Assembly: GCA_040756235.1 (NCBI GenBank)
Contig: JBFLZG010000126.1
Coordinates: forward strand, 128,001-192,000
Source of the DNA: a bacterium
GTDB lineage: Bacteria > Desulfobacterota > DSWW01
DNA length: 64,000 bases
Direction of reading: 5' to 3'
Position 1 is the first letter of the stretch, and each line of letters begins with the position of its first letter. Shown here piece by piece: positions 29,735-38,482 of the stretch. The notes below the pieces were generated by a model. That model was not told the origin of the DNA, did no database searches, and saw only the letters and a list, made by a program, of their open reading frames with translations. Both the position numbers and the translations under genes were made by a program.

Positions 29735-30544
29735 TCAGACTTTTTGGGCCATGCAGAAGATGCTCAACCCGAACGGCAGGTTCACCCGCTTCAGAATGTG
29801 GTATTCCGCGAGGAAGATCCTGAGCAGGGCTCCGTTCAGAAGGGCCGGAGCGGTGGAGCGGAAGTCGGAACGGGGCTTGACCTGGAGCCCGAGCCCGCGG
29901 AGCAGACCGGTCAGCAGGTTCTTCCCGTGGCGAAAGACGATGCTGACCGGAAACAGAAGGCTGTTGAGATAGGTCATGCGCCGGACGCGAAAGCCGGCCT
30001 CCTGAAGCTTGCCGAGGATCTCAGCGGCCGCATATCGCCTGTAGTGGTGCGCCGCGACGTCGTGGTCCCCCCACATGAAGCGGTACGCCGGGACCGAAAA
30101 GGCGGCCCAGCCTCCGGGAGCGCAGACCCGATAAGCCTCCCGCAGCATGGCGCGGTCATCCTCTCCGTGCTCCAGGACGTCGAAGGCGGTCACCAGGTGG
30201 ATGCTTCCGGAGCGGAAAGGCAGCGCGGTGAAAGGAGCCCGGCAGAGCAGATAGGGCTTCCGTTCCCGGCAGAAGGCCAGAGCGGTCGGGGCGAGGTCCA
30301 CGCCCACGACGCGCCCGAAGCGTGACAGGGCGTCCAGGTTCACGCCGGTGCCGCAGCCCATGTCGGCAACCCGGAAGACACCTTCCGTCCGAGCGGTGTG
30401 AGCGCGTAGCGTGTCCTCGATCAGGCGGACGAACAGGGCCCTCCTGCCGACGAACCACCAGTGATAGCTTTCGAGCTCGAACCACTCTTGGTACAGGTCA
30501 TCGTCCAAAGCCGGGTCTACCTCTGGTTTCGGACCATCCGGCAC
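29735..30544 (-). CDS. Class I SAM-dependent methyltransferase
   Basis: 'E..HWWFVGRR', 'DMGCGTG', 'FDVLEH', 'SVPAY', 'HDVAAHHYRRY', 'PFGLSI'. Confidence 0.88.
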   Translation of the reverse strand: MPDGPKPEVDPALDDDLYQEWFELESYHWWFVGRRALFVRLIEDTLRAHTARTEGVFRVADMGCGTGVNLDALSRFGRVVGVDLAPTALAFCRERKPYLLCRAPFTALPFRSGSIHLVTAFDVLEHGEDDRAMLREAYRVCAPGGWAAFSVPAYRFMWGDHDVAAHHYRRYAAAEILGKLQEAGFRVRRMTYLNSLLFPVSIVFRHGKNLLTGLLRGLGLQVKPRSDFRSTAPALLNGALLRIFLAEYHILKRVNLPFGLSIFCMAQKV

Positions 30545-30551
30545 GGGCCGG

Positions 30552-31289
30552 TCAGAGCTTGAAGATGATCCGGTTGCGGTGCAGGGCCAGCTTGAAACGG
30601 ATGTAGAGCAGGAAGACGAACATGATCCGGACCGTCTTCAGGAAGCGGACCTTCGATTCGCCCCCGTGCCGGTGCCGGTGCCGGATCGGCAACTCCGCGA
30701 TGCGGCGCCCGGAGTACTGCAGCTTGATGAGGGTCTCGGTGGGGAAGGTGAAGCCCCTGGCTTCGAGGTCGAGGGAGCGGATCACATCCCCCCGGTAGGC
30801 CTTCAGGGCGCACTGAGCGTCGGTGAAGGACAGGCCGCACAAAGCCCTGACCAGGAAGTTGTAGCCCCAGTTCGCGACCACCCGAGGCAAGGTGTCCTTC
30901 TTGCGCTTGCGATATCCGGTCACGCAATCGTGCCCCTCCCGCAGCTTGTCCAGGAGTCGCGGCATGTCGCGGATGTCGAATTGCCCGTCCGAGTCGATGG
31001 TGACGACGTAGCGTCCGGTGGAGGCGTCGATCGCGCGCTTCAGGGCTCCCCCGTATCCGCAGTTCTCCTTGAGGTCGATGTAGCGGAAGTTGCCGAACTC
31101 GGCCTTCAGGCGCTCCAGGATCTTCAGGGTCCCGTCCCGGCTCCCGTCATTGGTCACGATGACTTCCCCGGGGATCCCCTCCGTCTGCAGCGTATCCATG
31201 CATTCGCGCACCGTCCTGTCGATGTTCGCCTCTTCGTTGTAGGCGGGCATGACGATCGAGACTTCCAACTCGTCTGAAGGGTGGCTCAT
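30552..31289 (-). CDS. GT2, DPM1-like polyprenyl-phosphate sugar synthase
   Basis: 'IVMPAYNEE', 'NDGSRDGT', 'GYGGAL', 'DSDGQF', 'DAQCALK', 'GGESK'. Confidence 0.88.
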   Translation of the reverse strand: MSHPSDELEVSIVMPAYNEEANIDRTVRECMDTLQTEGIPGEVIVTNDGSRDGTLKILERLKAEFGNFRYIDLKENCGYGGALKRAIDASTGRYVVTIDSDGQFDIRDMPRLLDKLREGHDCVTGYRKRKKDTLPRVVANWGYNFLVRALCGLSFTDAQCALKAYRGDVIRSLDLEARGFTFPTETLIKLQYSGRRIAELPIRHRHRHGGESKVRFLKTVRIMFVFLLYIRFKLALHRNRIIFKL

Positions 31290-31440
31290 CTCTCTGCTCG
31301 TTGCTCGCGTTCAACCGGGTGCGAAAAAGGAACTGGGCAGGAAGCCGCTTCCTATCACAACGCTCCGGGCTGAATCAAGGAGCGGTGGCGGACGGTGGCG
31401 GCCAGGGCACCGGGGTGTTTCTATCGGGCGCCGGAATGGT

Positions 31441-31469
31441 TTGAGATTTGGACAACAGGACGGTATACA
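31441..31469 (+). promoter_or_regulatory. Possible sigma-70-like promoter for the 31610 lipoprotein
   Basis: TTGAGA-17-TATACA; -10 lacks the final T. Confidence 0.35.
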
Positions 31470-31609
31470 GGGAGCAGTCGCAACCGTCCCTCGCATCGAG
31501 AACTGCCGGCTGGTACGCGCGCCGGCGAGCTTCCCGGCCATGCGAACCGCCCGCGATGGTTGCAGCGCCTGTGCAGCGGCAGGCACACTCAGTACATGGA
31601 GGTGCGAAG

Positions 31610-33208
31610 ATGATGATGCCAGCTCGTCCGGGGCGGCTGCTCGGTCTCGCGTTCGTTCTGGCGGTCTGCCTCAGCGGAGCCGGGTGCGGCCTGGAAAGAC
31701 CCCTGCCCCAGGGCAGCCCGGCTTATGCGGCAAGACCTTTGAGCAAGCCTGAAGGGAAGGAGAACGCGGGCCCGACGGTCGGCACCGCTCCTGCCGGCCG
31801 ACAGGAGCGGTCTTCCCCTGACCTGCCGTTCGTGCGCGTGGGCCCGACCAAGCGGTACTTCCAGTCCGAGGACGGGAAACCTTTTTTCGCCATCGGGCAC
31901 AACGAATGGCCGGCCAGGCTTTCGATCAATCTGGAGAGCCTGCAGAGCATCGATGCGTACTTGCGCAACATGCAGGAACACGGCGAGAACGTCCTGCGGG
32001 TGATTGCCGACTCCGAGCACGTACCCGTTGAGAACCCACCCGGCACCTTCAATCCTGTCTTCAAGGCGAATCTGGACGCTCTCGTCCAGGCGGCGGAAAG
32101 GCACGGAATCTATTTACAGATCGCGATGTGGCCGAACGTGTTCAATCTCCCGACGTCTGGCTTTTGGTTCGGCTGGGCCAAGCATCCGTATAACAAGAAG
32201 AAGGGAGGCCCGGTGGCGGAGTTCGAGGGCCTTTTCCGTGACCCGGCGGCATGGAAGCTCCAGGAGGGACGTATACGGTTTTTCGTCGATAACTGGGGTG
32301 GCCGAGCCAGCGTGTTTGCCTGGGAGATCGCCAACGAGTTCAACTATACGAATCGTGACGACTGGATCAACCACATGTCCGAGTACTGCAGAAAGTATGA
32401 AGACTCCAAATATGGCAGGGCCCATCTGGTCTGCATCTCCACCACGGCTTCGACGGTGGGCACGCCCCAGAACGCCCAATGGTCGAGTCCTCACCTGGAC
32501 TTCGCCACCTTTCACAGCTACGGCAAGCAGGACCTGCCGACCGGCAACCGCATCGGGCCGGTCAATCCCCTGCAGGAATCGCTGGCCATCCCCAAGATCG
32601 TGCGGCGAGTGAGCGAAAGAGCTCCGGGGCGGCCGCTCCTGGACTGCGAAATGCCCGGCGTCGTGCACGGTTCCCGGAGGCTGCTGCTGGGCCGGGGAGC
32701 CGGTGACGAGGCGTTCACCGAGATGTTCCTCACGTCCGGCCTGGCCTACGTCTGCAGCGGCGCGGCAGGTTCCGGCTTCCGCTGGGCCTCGAACCCGGTG
32801 TTTCAGGTGGACGGTGCTCCCAATGCGCTGAGCGAGAAGATGTACCAGTACCAACTGGCAATCCGGCGGTTCACGGACCAGGTGGACTGGAACAAGATGG
32901 ACCCGCTCCCCTATGATGCGATCCAGCTCGAATCACCGGGCAAGAGGGACCAAGCCAATTCCATCTCGATCGTGGCGAAAGACCGGCGGCGGGTGGTCGG
33001 GATGGTCCTCTGCGCGCTTGCCGCCAAGGACGCGCTTCAAGTGGAAGTTCGATTCTCCGGGCTCTCCTCGGAACCGCATCGGGTGCGGTGGTTCGAGACC
33101 CGCAGCGGCAACGAGATCAAGTCCGAGACGCCCGAAGGCGCCTCCTTCGCGCTCACCACCCCCTCCTTTGTCGGACACGTGGCCTTCGTGGTCGAGCCGA
33201 AGGACTAG
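31610..33208 (+). CDS. Lipoprotein, clan GH-A (GH5-like) TIM-barrel glycoside hydrolase homologue
   Basis: GGAGG RBS; signal ending 'SGAGC'; 'DGKPFFAIGHN', 'AWEIANE' (acid/base), 'TFHSY', 'LLDCEM' (nucleophile candidate); C-terminal beta domain. Confidence 0.7.
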   Translation: MMMPARPGRLLGLAFVLAVCLSGAGCGLERPLPQGSPAYAARPLSKPEGKENAGPTVGTAPAGRQERSSPDLPFVRVGPTKRYFQSEDGKPFFAIGHNEWPARLSINLESLQSIDAYLRNMQEHGENVLRVIADSEHVPVENPPGTFNPVFKANLDALVQAAERHGIYLQIAMWPNVFNLPTSGFWFGWAKHPYNKKKGGPVAEFEGLFRDPAAWKLQEGRIRFFVDNWGGRASVFAWEIANEFNYTNRDDWINHMSEYCRKYEDSKYGRAHLVCISTTASTVGTPQNAQWSSPHLDFATFHSYGKQDLPTGNRIGPVNPLQESLAIPKIVRRVSERAPGRPLLDCEMPGVVHGSRRLLLGRGAGDEAFTEMFLTSGLAYVCSGAAGSGFRWASNPVFQVDGAPNALSEKMYQYQLAIRRFTDQVDWNKMDPLPYDAIQLESPGKRDQANSISIVAKDRRRVVGMVLCALAAKDALQVEVRFSGLSSEPHRVRWFETRSGNEIKSETPEGASFALTTPSFVGHVAFVVEPKD

Positions 33209-33293
33209 CGAGCTGCCGAAATGCGGCCCCGGTTCACGTTCCCGCACCTTGGCTGGTTGGTGAAGCGCAGCCAGGCCCGGCTGCAAAAATCGT

Positions 33294-33322
33294 TGGACAT
33301 CATGGGCCTCTTTCTTTAAGAT
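33294..33322 (+). promoter_or_regulatory. Sigma-70-like promoter for the Tat metallophosphoesterase
   Basis: TGGACA-17-TAAGAT in an AT-rich patch about 60 bp upstream of AAGGAG RBS/ATG. Confidence 0.5.
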
Positions 33323-33379
33323 AAAATACAGTTCGAACGACGTCTGTGCCCTGCTGCTTGAGCTTTCAAGGAGACCGGC

Positions 33380-34795
33380 ATGTCGCACCCCTTCAGGAGA
33401 CCGATGTCCAGGAGGGACTTCATCCGCGGGGTCGGTGCGGGGGCCGGAGCGCTGGGCGTCTCCTCGCTTTTTCCCCATCTGACGGGTTGCGGCCCTCTGG
33501 GACCCCTGCTCTACGGGAACGAGATGGTCGGCCGGGTCACGGGGAACGGGGGGGCCGTTCAACTGGTGGCAGGAGACGGCTGCGAGCCCTCTACCCGGTT
33601 TCGGCTTCTTTACGATACGCTCTCACGCAGCAACCCTGAGGACTACCGCTATCAGTCAGCTGTGTTGAGCGGTTTCGTCGACAACGATCCGATCACGTTT
33701 CAGCTGACCGGCCTGTCCGCGAGCACTCGCTATTTCTACCGCATCGGATATGAGCCGCTGGGCCAGGACTGGTCGTATCGGGACGAGTACAGCTTCCGCA
33801 CCCGAAGGACGGCAGGCCAGAGCTTTCGATTTTGCGTGACCGCCGACATGCACGTGTATCCATATCCGTTCTTCGTCAACGAAAGGATCCGGCAGAGGAT
33901 CTTTCAGAACGTGCTTGCGGATGCTCCGGATGTCCTGTTCACCCTCGGGGACGACGTGTTCGTCGCCTACCAGGGACCGGAGAATTATCCCTATCCGCCG
34001 GAAAAGTTCTCCGGAACCTTTCGCCGTGCACGGTCGATTTTGGACGCCGCCGGGCACTCGGTGTTCGTCCTGCCGGTCCTCGGCAACCACGACGGGCTCT
34101 ACGGGTTCACGGCCGGGTCCGCCGAGTACGCGTCGATCCGGGACTTGAGGTTCCGCTACTTTCCTGTTCCCGGCGCCACGACCTTCCCCCAGGGCGGCGA
34201 TCCGGACGGCCGCTACGGCGCGTTCACCTGGGGTGACGCCCTTTTCGTCTGGCTCGACATCCTGGGATTTTGCGCGGTCGACCCTTATCTGTACGGAGCC
34301 GAGCACTACATCCTCGGGACGGAACAGCGTTCTTTCCTGCAGGGGGTTCTGTCCCAGTCCGCAGCCCCATGGAAGTTCGTCTTCGCCCATCACATTTTCG
34401 GGGGAGACGACGACGGCTGGGCCGCGTACGGGCGCGGCAATGCCAATGACGCGCACGCCTACCAGCAGGCCGAGATCCAGACCCTCATGCTGCAGTACGG
34501 GGCCCGTGTGTTCTTTTACGGACACGACCACGTCTTCTCTCACAGCAAGGCGGACGGGGTCTCTTACCTCTGCGCGGGAAACGCCGGAAGCGGTTGCCCC
34601 TGGGTGGCCGAGCTGCTCGAAAACTATCCCCCTTACGAGCTCTTCTACACCGACGCGGATGGCGGCGTTCCTCCGGGGCACGTTCGCGCCGACGTGAATG
34701 CCGTAACAGGAGCCGTGACTCTGTCCTACATTCTGGCGTCGTTGGAAGGCGACAACGGGACGGTGCTCGCGACCTTCACTCTCTCGCAGCCGTGA
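33380..34795 (+). CDS. Tat-exported (lipo)protein, purple-acid-phosphatase-like metallophosphoesterase with Fn3 domain
   Basis: 'SRRDFIRG' Tat motif, 'LTGC' lipobox; 'LTGLSASTRYFYRI'; 'ADMH', 'LGDD', 'GNHD', 'FAHH', 'GHDH'. Confidence 0.85.
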   Translation: MSHPFRRPMSRRDFIRGVGAGAGALGVSSLFPHLTGCGPLGPLLYGNEMVGRVTGNGGAVQLVAGDGCEPSTRFRLLYDTLSRSNPEDYRYQSAVLSGFVDNDPITFQLTGLSASTRYFYRIGYEPLGQDWSYRDEYSFRTRRTAGQSFRFCVTADMHVYPYPFFVNERIRQRIFQNVLADAPDVLFTLGDDVFVAYQGPENYPYPPEKFSGTFRRARSILDAAGHSVFVLPVLGNHDGLYGFTAGSAEYASIRDLRFRYFPVPGATTFPQGGDPDGRYGAFTWGDALFVWLDILGFCAVDPYLYGAEHYILGTEQRSFLQGVLSQSAAPWKFVFAHHIFGGDDDGWAAYGRGNANDAHAYQQAEIQTLMLQYGARVFFYGHDHVFSHSKADGVSYLCAGNAGSGCPWVAELLENYPPYELFYTDADGGVPPGHVRADVNAVTGAVTLSYILASLEGDNGTVLATFTLSQP

Positions 34796-34895
34796 TCCGG
34801 CGGGGGAATAGGCTCGCGCTCCAGCGATTGCCCGGAGATTTCTGCGCCTCGCTCGCAGCAGGCTCCGCAGTTCGGCTGTTGTGGACAGTCTCCGG

Positions 34896-34985
34896 TCAGA
34901 AGAGCTTCGAATTGAGCAACAGGCCGAGCAGCAGACAGGCCAGGTAGACCAGGGCGACGAGGAGAAAAGCGGTCTTTCCGGACAC
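34896..34985 (-). CDS. Putative 29-aa single-TM small protein MSGKTAFLLVALVYLACLLLGLLLNSKLF
   Basis: Own translation, below ORF-track cut-off; GTG 3 nt after the stop of the 50-aa ORF; hydrophobic; GC3-biased codons. Confidence 0.5.
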   Translation of the reverse strand: MSGKTAFLLVALVYLACLLLGLLLNSKLF

Positions 34986-34988
34986 CTC

Positions 34989-35141
34989 TCAGCCCTTCAT
35001 GAAGACCTTGAAGAAAACATCCAGCACGAGAGACAAGATCGGGCTGATCAGGATCACCAAACCGATCAGTGCGGCCGTTGCGAGCAGGACCGTCCCGAGC
35101 CTCTTGACCATTCCCAGATATCGTTGCGTCATCCGTTCCAT
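34989..35141 (-). CDS. Putative 50-aa small membrane protein MERMTQRYLGMVKRLGTVLLATAALIGLVILISPILSLVLDVFFKVFMKG
   Basis: GAGGA RBS before ATG 35141, 20 nt after the hydrolase stop; one long hydrophobic helix. Confidence 0.6.
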   Translation of the reverse strand: MERMTQRYLGMVKRLGTVLLATAALIGLVILISPILSLVLDVFFKVFMKG

Positions 35142-35161
35142 CGTCCTCGCAGGTGATAGGT

Positions 35162-36139
35162 CTATCGGGCTGCTGCATCCCGCGCCGCCGCGGCGCCCGG
35201 AGCCAGCAGGAAATCGAGCAAGCAACGGGTCGTCACCTCCGGCTTCTCCAACATGGGCAGGTGGCCGCAGGCCGGGATGACGTTCAAGGTCGCGTGCTCG
35301 AGCCTGCGCTCGAGAAGGCGGCCGTGCTCGACCGGAATCACGGCGTCCGCCTCGCCCCAGATGAGGCAGGTGGGCTGCCGGATCCGCTCCAGGGGCCATT
35401 CGCCTTCTTCCTCCGAGCTCAGGCTTTCCAGGGTCCGCGCCAACATGCGGGAGAAGCCCTCCATTCTTCGAAGCTCGTAGGCGTGCTCGATCCACTGGGG
35501 GGCCACCACCTCCGGGTCGAAGAACATCCTGTCCTTGCCCCTCCGCTCGATCCCCCTCGAGGGCACCAGGGTCAAGAGCTCTGACAAAATGCAGATCGTC
35601 TTCCAGAGTCGCGGTCTGCGTCTGGCGAAGCGGCGGGCGGCCTTGAGCCTGTCCGGCATGTAGGCCGGCGAGCTGCTGCCGATGAGAACCAGCCTGTGCA
35701 CGCGGTCGGGATGGGTCAGGGCCACGCACAGGGACAGTAGCCCTCCCATGGAGCTCCCGACGAGGTCCGCGGACTCCACTCCGATCGCATTCAGGAAACC
35801 CGCCACGCACGACGCAAAGCAATCGATCCCATAGCCCACGTCCGGCTTGTCCGAGTATCCATGGCCGAGCAGGTCGAGGGCCAAAACATGGAAATGCTCG
35901 GACAGCGGTCGGATCTGGTTGGACCAGATGGAAAGCGAGGTGGCGAAGCCGTGGACCAGAACGACCGGGCGGCCTTGCCCGGCGCTGACGAAGCAGATGT
36001 CATGGCCGTCCACCCGGACCGTGCGCAGAGGAAGGTCTTCGGCCCACCAGAGCCGGTCCGGCCTGGGCTCTTTTCGAGAGGCCGCTCTGGCGATCCCGGA
36101 GACCATTCGCTCGAGCCACAGGGGGCCGACCGCACTCAT
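35162..36139 (-). CDS. Alpha/beta-fold hydrolase (esterase/lipase-like)
   Basis: 'LVHGF', 'DLLGHGYSDKP', nucleophile 'GSSMGG', 'IWGEAD', 'CGHLPMLEKP'. Confidence 0.88.
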   Translation of the reverse strand: MSAVGPLWLERMVSGIARAASRKEPRPDRLWWAEDLPLRTVRVDGHDICFVSAGQGRPVVLVHGFATSLSIWSNQIRPLSEHFHVLALDLLGHGYSDKPDVGYGIDCFASCVAGFLNAIGVESADLVGSSMGGLLSLCVALTHPDRVHRLVLIGSSSPAYMPDRLKAARRFARRRPRLWKTICILSELLTLVPSRGIERRGKDRMFFDPEVVAPQWIEHAYELRRMEGFSRMLARTLESLSSEEEGEWPLERIRQPTCLIWGEADAVIPVEHGRLLERRLEHATLNVIPACGHLPMLEKPEVTTRCLLDFLLAPGAAAARDAAAR

Positions 36140-36279
36140 GTGACACTCGTTGCGCCGTGAAAAGGAATCGGGAAAGACGACGCGCACGGCGGGATCCGTA
36201 CGACTGCCGCCGGCCCTTCCCTGTCCTTTCAGCTTGCGAAAGAAGGAGGGCGGAGACGGGACGGCGGGCGAGCAGGGCC

Positions 36280-36309
36280 ATCCTAGTGGAACGCCCGCTC
36301 GGGTGTCAA
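36280..36309 (-). promoter_or_regulatory. Sigma-70-like promoter for the hydrolase/small-protein operon
   Basis: Minus strand TTGACA-18-TAGGAT. Confidence 0.55.
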
Positions 36310-36419
36310 ACCTACCAGAGATCGAAAGACGCTCGCCCGCAGTTTCCCTCCGCTGGCATCCCCGCCCCTCATTCCAGCCTTGCACGGACGCTCCAGCGGA
36401 CTGCTTCTGGGTGAACCGA

Positions 36420-36470
36420 GACGGGGCGCTGAGACCTGAACCCTTGAATTCAGCGCTCAGCGCCTCCGTC
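36420..36470. repeat. Long imperfect hairpin in the 640-bp divergent intergenic region
   Basis: GACGG-GGCGCTGAG-ac-CTGAA-cccttgaa-TTCAG-cg-CTCAGCGCC-t-CCGTC. Confidence 0.65.
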
Positions 36471-36717
36471 CGCTCCGGAGCTTGAACGCGCGCTTCGGCC
36501 ATCCTGACGGGCCTTGACCGCCCGCAACCGCAGGTCGCCCCTCCGCAGCTCAGTGACAATTTGCGGCCGTTGCTGAAAAAAATGGGCCCCCTAACCCATG
36601 CTGCGGAAAATTCCGGCTCACGCCTCGGCGCCGGAAAGCAGCTTGGCACTCCCGGAAAACCTTGTCAGTTAAAGCCGTTGCGTAAGAGCGCCCACTCGTC
36701 TCCGCTGCGGTTCAAAC

Positions 36718-36734
36718 CTGGTATTCCACTTGCA
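36718..36734 (+). promoter_or_regulatory. Sigma-54 (-24/-12) promoter for the 36783 lipoprotein
   Basis: CTGGTATTCCACTTGCA = TGG-N10-GC with TTGCA, about 50 bp upstream of GGAGGA RBS and GTG. Confidence 0.65.
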
Positions 36735-36782
36735 GAACGACCCCCAGCAGAGGGACGCCCACTTCGCAAACGGAGGACTCCT

Positions 36783-38378
36783 GTGTCGACGGCCAATCTG
36801 AGACGCTTCATCGTGTTGGGCTTCATCGCTGCCGGTATTGTGGCCTGCAGCGGCGGATCGGGCCACATCTCATCATCCTCATCCGGCGATGATTACAGCG
36901 GCGCTCCTTCCGGAGACCCGCTTCCGGAGGACCTCCCGAACTCGCAGGCTTTCATCGGGCTGGCACCTGATCACAGACACTTCCAGTTCCGCGACGGCAC
37001 GCCCTTCGTCCCGGTCGGCCACAACGACTGGACGGACCTGCGGCTCTTCCTGGACACGGACCGCCTGGAGCCATACCTGTCGTTCATGAAACAAAACGGC
37101 GAGAACGTGCTCAGGCTCGTGCTGGACAGCTACGGGTTGAACGCAGACAGCCGATATCAGAACCGGGTGGAGACCCGAGTCGGTGAATTCAACCCGGACC
37201 TCGTCGCGGCCCTGGACAACCTGACCCGGGCTGCGGAGCGCCACGGGGTCTATCTCCTGATTGCCGTCTGGTGCGTCTATGAAAACGTGAACTGGCCGCG
37301 GCACCCCTACAATGTCCGCTACGACGCCGAGAAAGGTCTCGTGGAGAACCCGGACGACCTGCTGGAAGACCCGCGAGCGATCGAGGCGGCGAAGAACAGG
37401 ATGCGTTTCTTCATCGAGAGATGGGGCTCCAGCCCCAGCATCTTCGCCTGGGAGCTGTGGAACGAATTCAACGTGATGGGCACGACGGAGCAGCGCAACC
37501 GCTGGCTTCAGGAGATCGGAAGCTTCGCGAGGAAGCTCGAGACGGACTTGTACGGTCAGCATCACCTGCGAACGGCCTCGGCGAACAACGCGGGCTGGGG
37601 CTCCGGCGAGGAAGGGATCTTCAATTCCCCGGAGCTGGACTTCACCTCCTATCACACTTACGACACCTTCGGGTTGGTGGGAATCCGTCCGTATTCGGGT
37701 ATTCCGCAGGCGTCGCCACTCGACCCGATTCTGTACCTTCGATTCATTCGCGAGAGCGCGCGCGTGGCCGGGGACAAGTCCGCCGCGCGGCCGATCCTCG
37801 GCACCGAGGACGTGGGCATCGTCACGGATCCCGGCAGCGTGTTCCCTCCCTTCGATCAGCCTTTCAGGAGCTATACCGGGGAGCAGTTGGTCGACTTCTT
37901 CATCGGCACCGAATGGGCGGGTTGGATGGGAGGCGGGGCCGGGCCCAGCTTGCGCTGGCCTTGCACTCCGGCATACGGTGAAGGAGACGCGCAAGGTTAC
38001 AGGGCGCTCAGCCTCGAGATGTACGACGCTCAGAAGGCCCTGAGAAGGATCGCGGCCACGCTGGACTGGAGAACGTTTGCGCCCGAGCCTGCCGACGAAG
38101 CGGTCGGGACGCGGGATTCAGACCGCTTCCTGTGCATGGCGCTGCGAGACGGGGGTACGGTCCTCGGATGGGTCCTGAATACCGATCCGGCCTTTTCCCG
38201 CCAGGAGGTGCGCACGCAGGTAGCCTTCCGGTCTCTGGCGGCGCGCCCCTACCGGATCGAATGGTTCGACATGAGGACCGGAGACGCGCTGCAGGTCGAT
38301 TTCGCACAAGGACCCGAGCTCACGCTTTCCACGCCGCCGTTCCGGACCTTCGTGGCCTTCAAGGCACAAAGCGGCTGA
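36783..38378 (+). CDS. Lipoprotein, clan GH-A (GH5-like) hydrolase homologue; paralogue of 31610-33208
   Basis: 'GIVAC' lipobox then Ser-rich linker; 'DGTPFVPVGHN', 'GENVLR', 'AWELWNE', 'SYHTY', 'ILGTED'. Confidence 0.72.
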   Translation: MSTANLRRFIVLGFIAAGIVACSGGSGHISSSSSGDDYSGAPSGDPLPEDLPNSQAFIGLAPDHRHFQFRDGTPFVPVGHNDWTDLRLFLDTDRLEPYLSFMKQNGENVLRLVLDSYGLNADSRYQNRVETRVGEFNPDLVAALDNLTRAAERHGVYLLIAVWCVYENVNWPRHPYNVRYDAEKGLVENPDDLLEDPRAIEAAKNRMRFFIERWGSSPSIFAWELWNEFNVMGTTEQRNRWLQEIGSFARKLETDLYGQHHLRTASANNAGWGSGEEGIFNSPELDFTSYHTYDTFGLVGIRPYSGIPQASPLDPILYLRFIRESARVAGDKSAARPILGTEDVGIVTDPGSVFPPFDQPFRSYTGEQLVDFFIGTEWAGWMGGGAGPSLRWPCTPAYGEGDAQGYRALSLEMYDAQKALRRIAATLDWRTFAPEPADEAVGTRDSDRFLCMALRDGGTVLGWVLNTDPAFSRQEVRTQVAFRSLAARPYRIEWFDMRTGDALQVDFAQGPELTLSTPPFRTFVAFKAQSG

Positions 38379-38482
38379 TGTGAGCAAGCGGGCGCCGACC
38401 TCCCGCAAACGCAACCGATCTTCCGATTCGAGCCGCTCCCCGGCAGGCGGCCTCCCGCGCGACCGGTTCACTGTGGCGATAT

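Noticed and set aside
36240..36420. Possible 6S RNA or riboswitch suggested by long-range pairing
   Set aside because: No cobalamin, c-di-GMP, SAM or TPP consensus recognised; the segment is better explained as a promoter. An Rfam scan would settle it.
36643..36660. TTGGCAC as a second sigma-54 -24 box
   Set aside because: No GC at the required 10-nt spacing.
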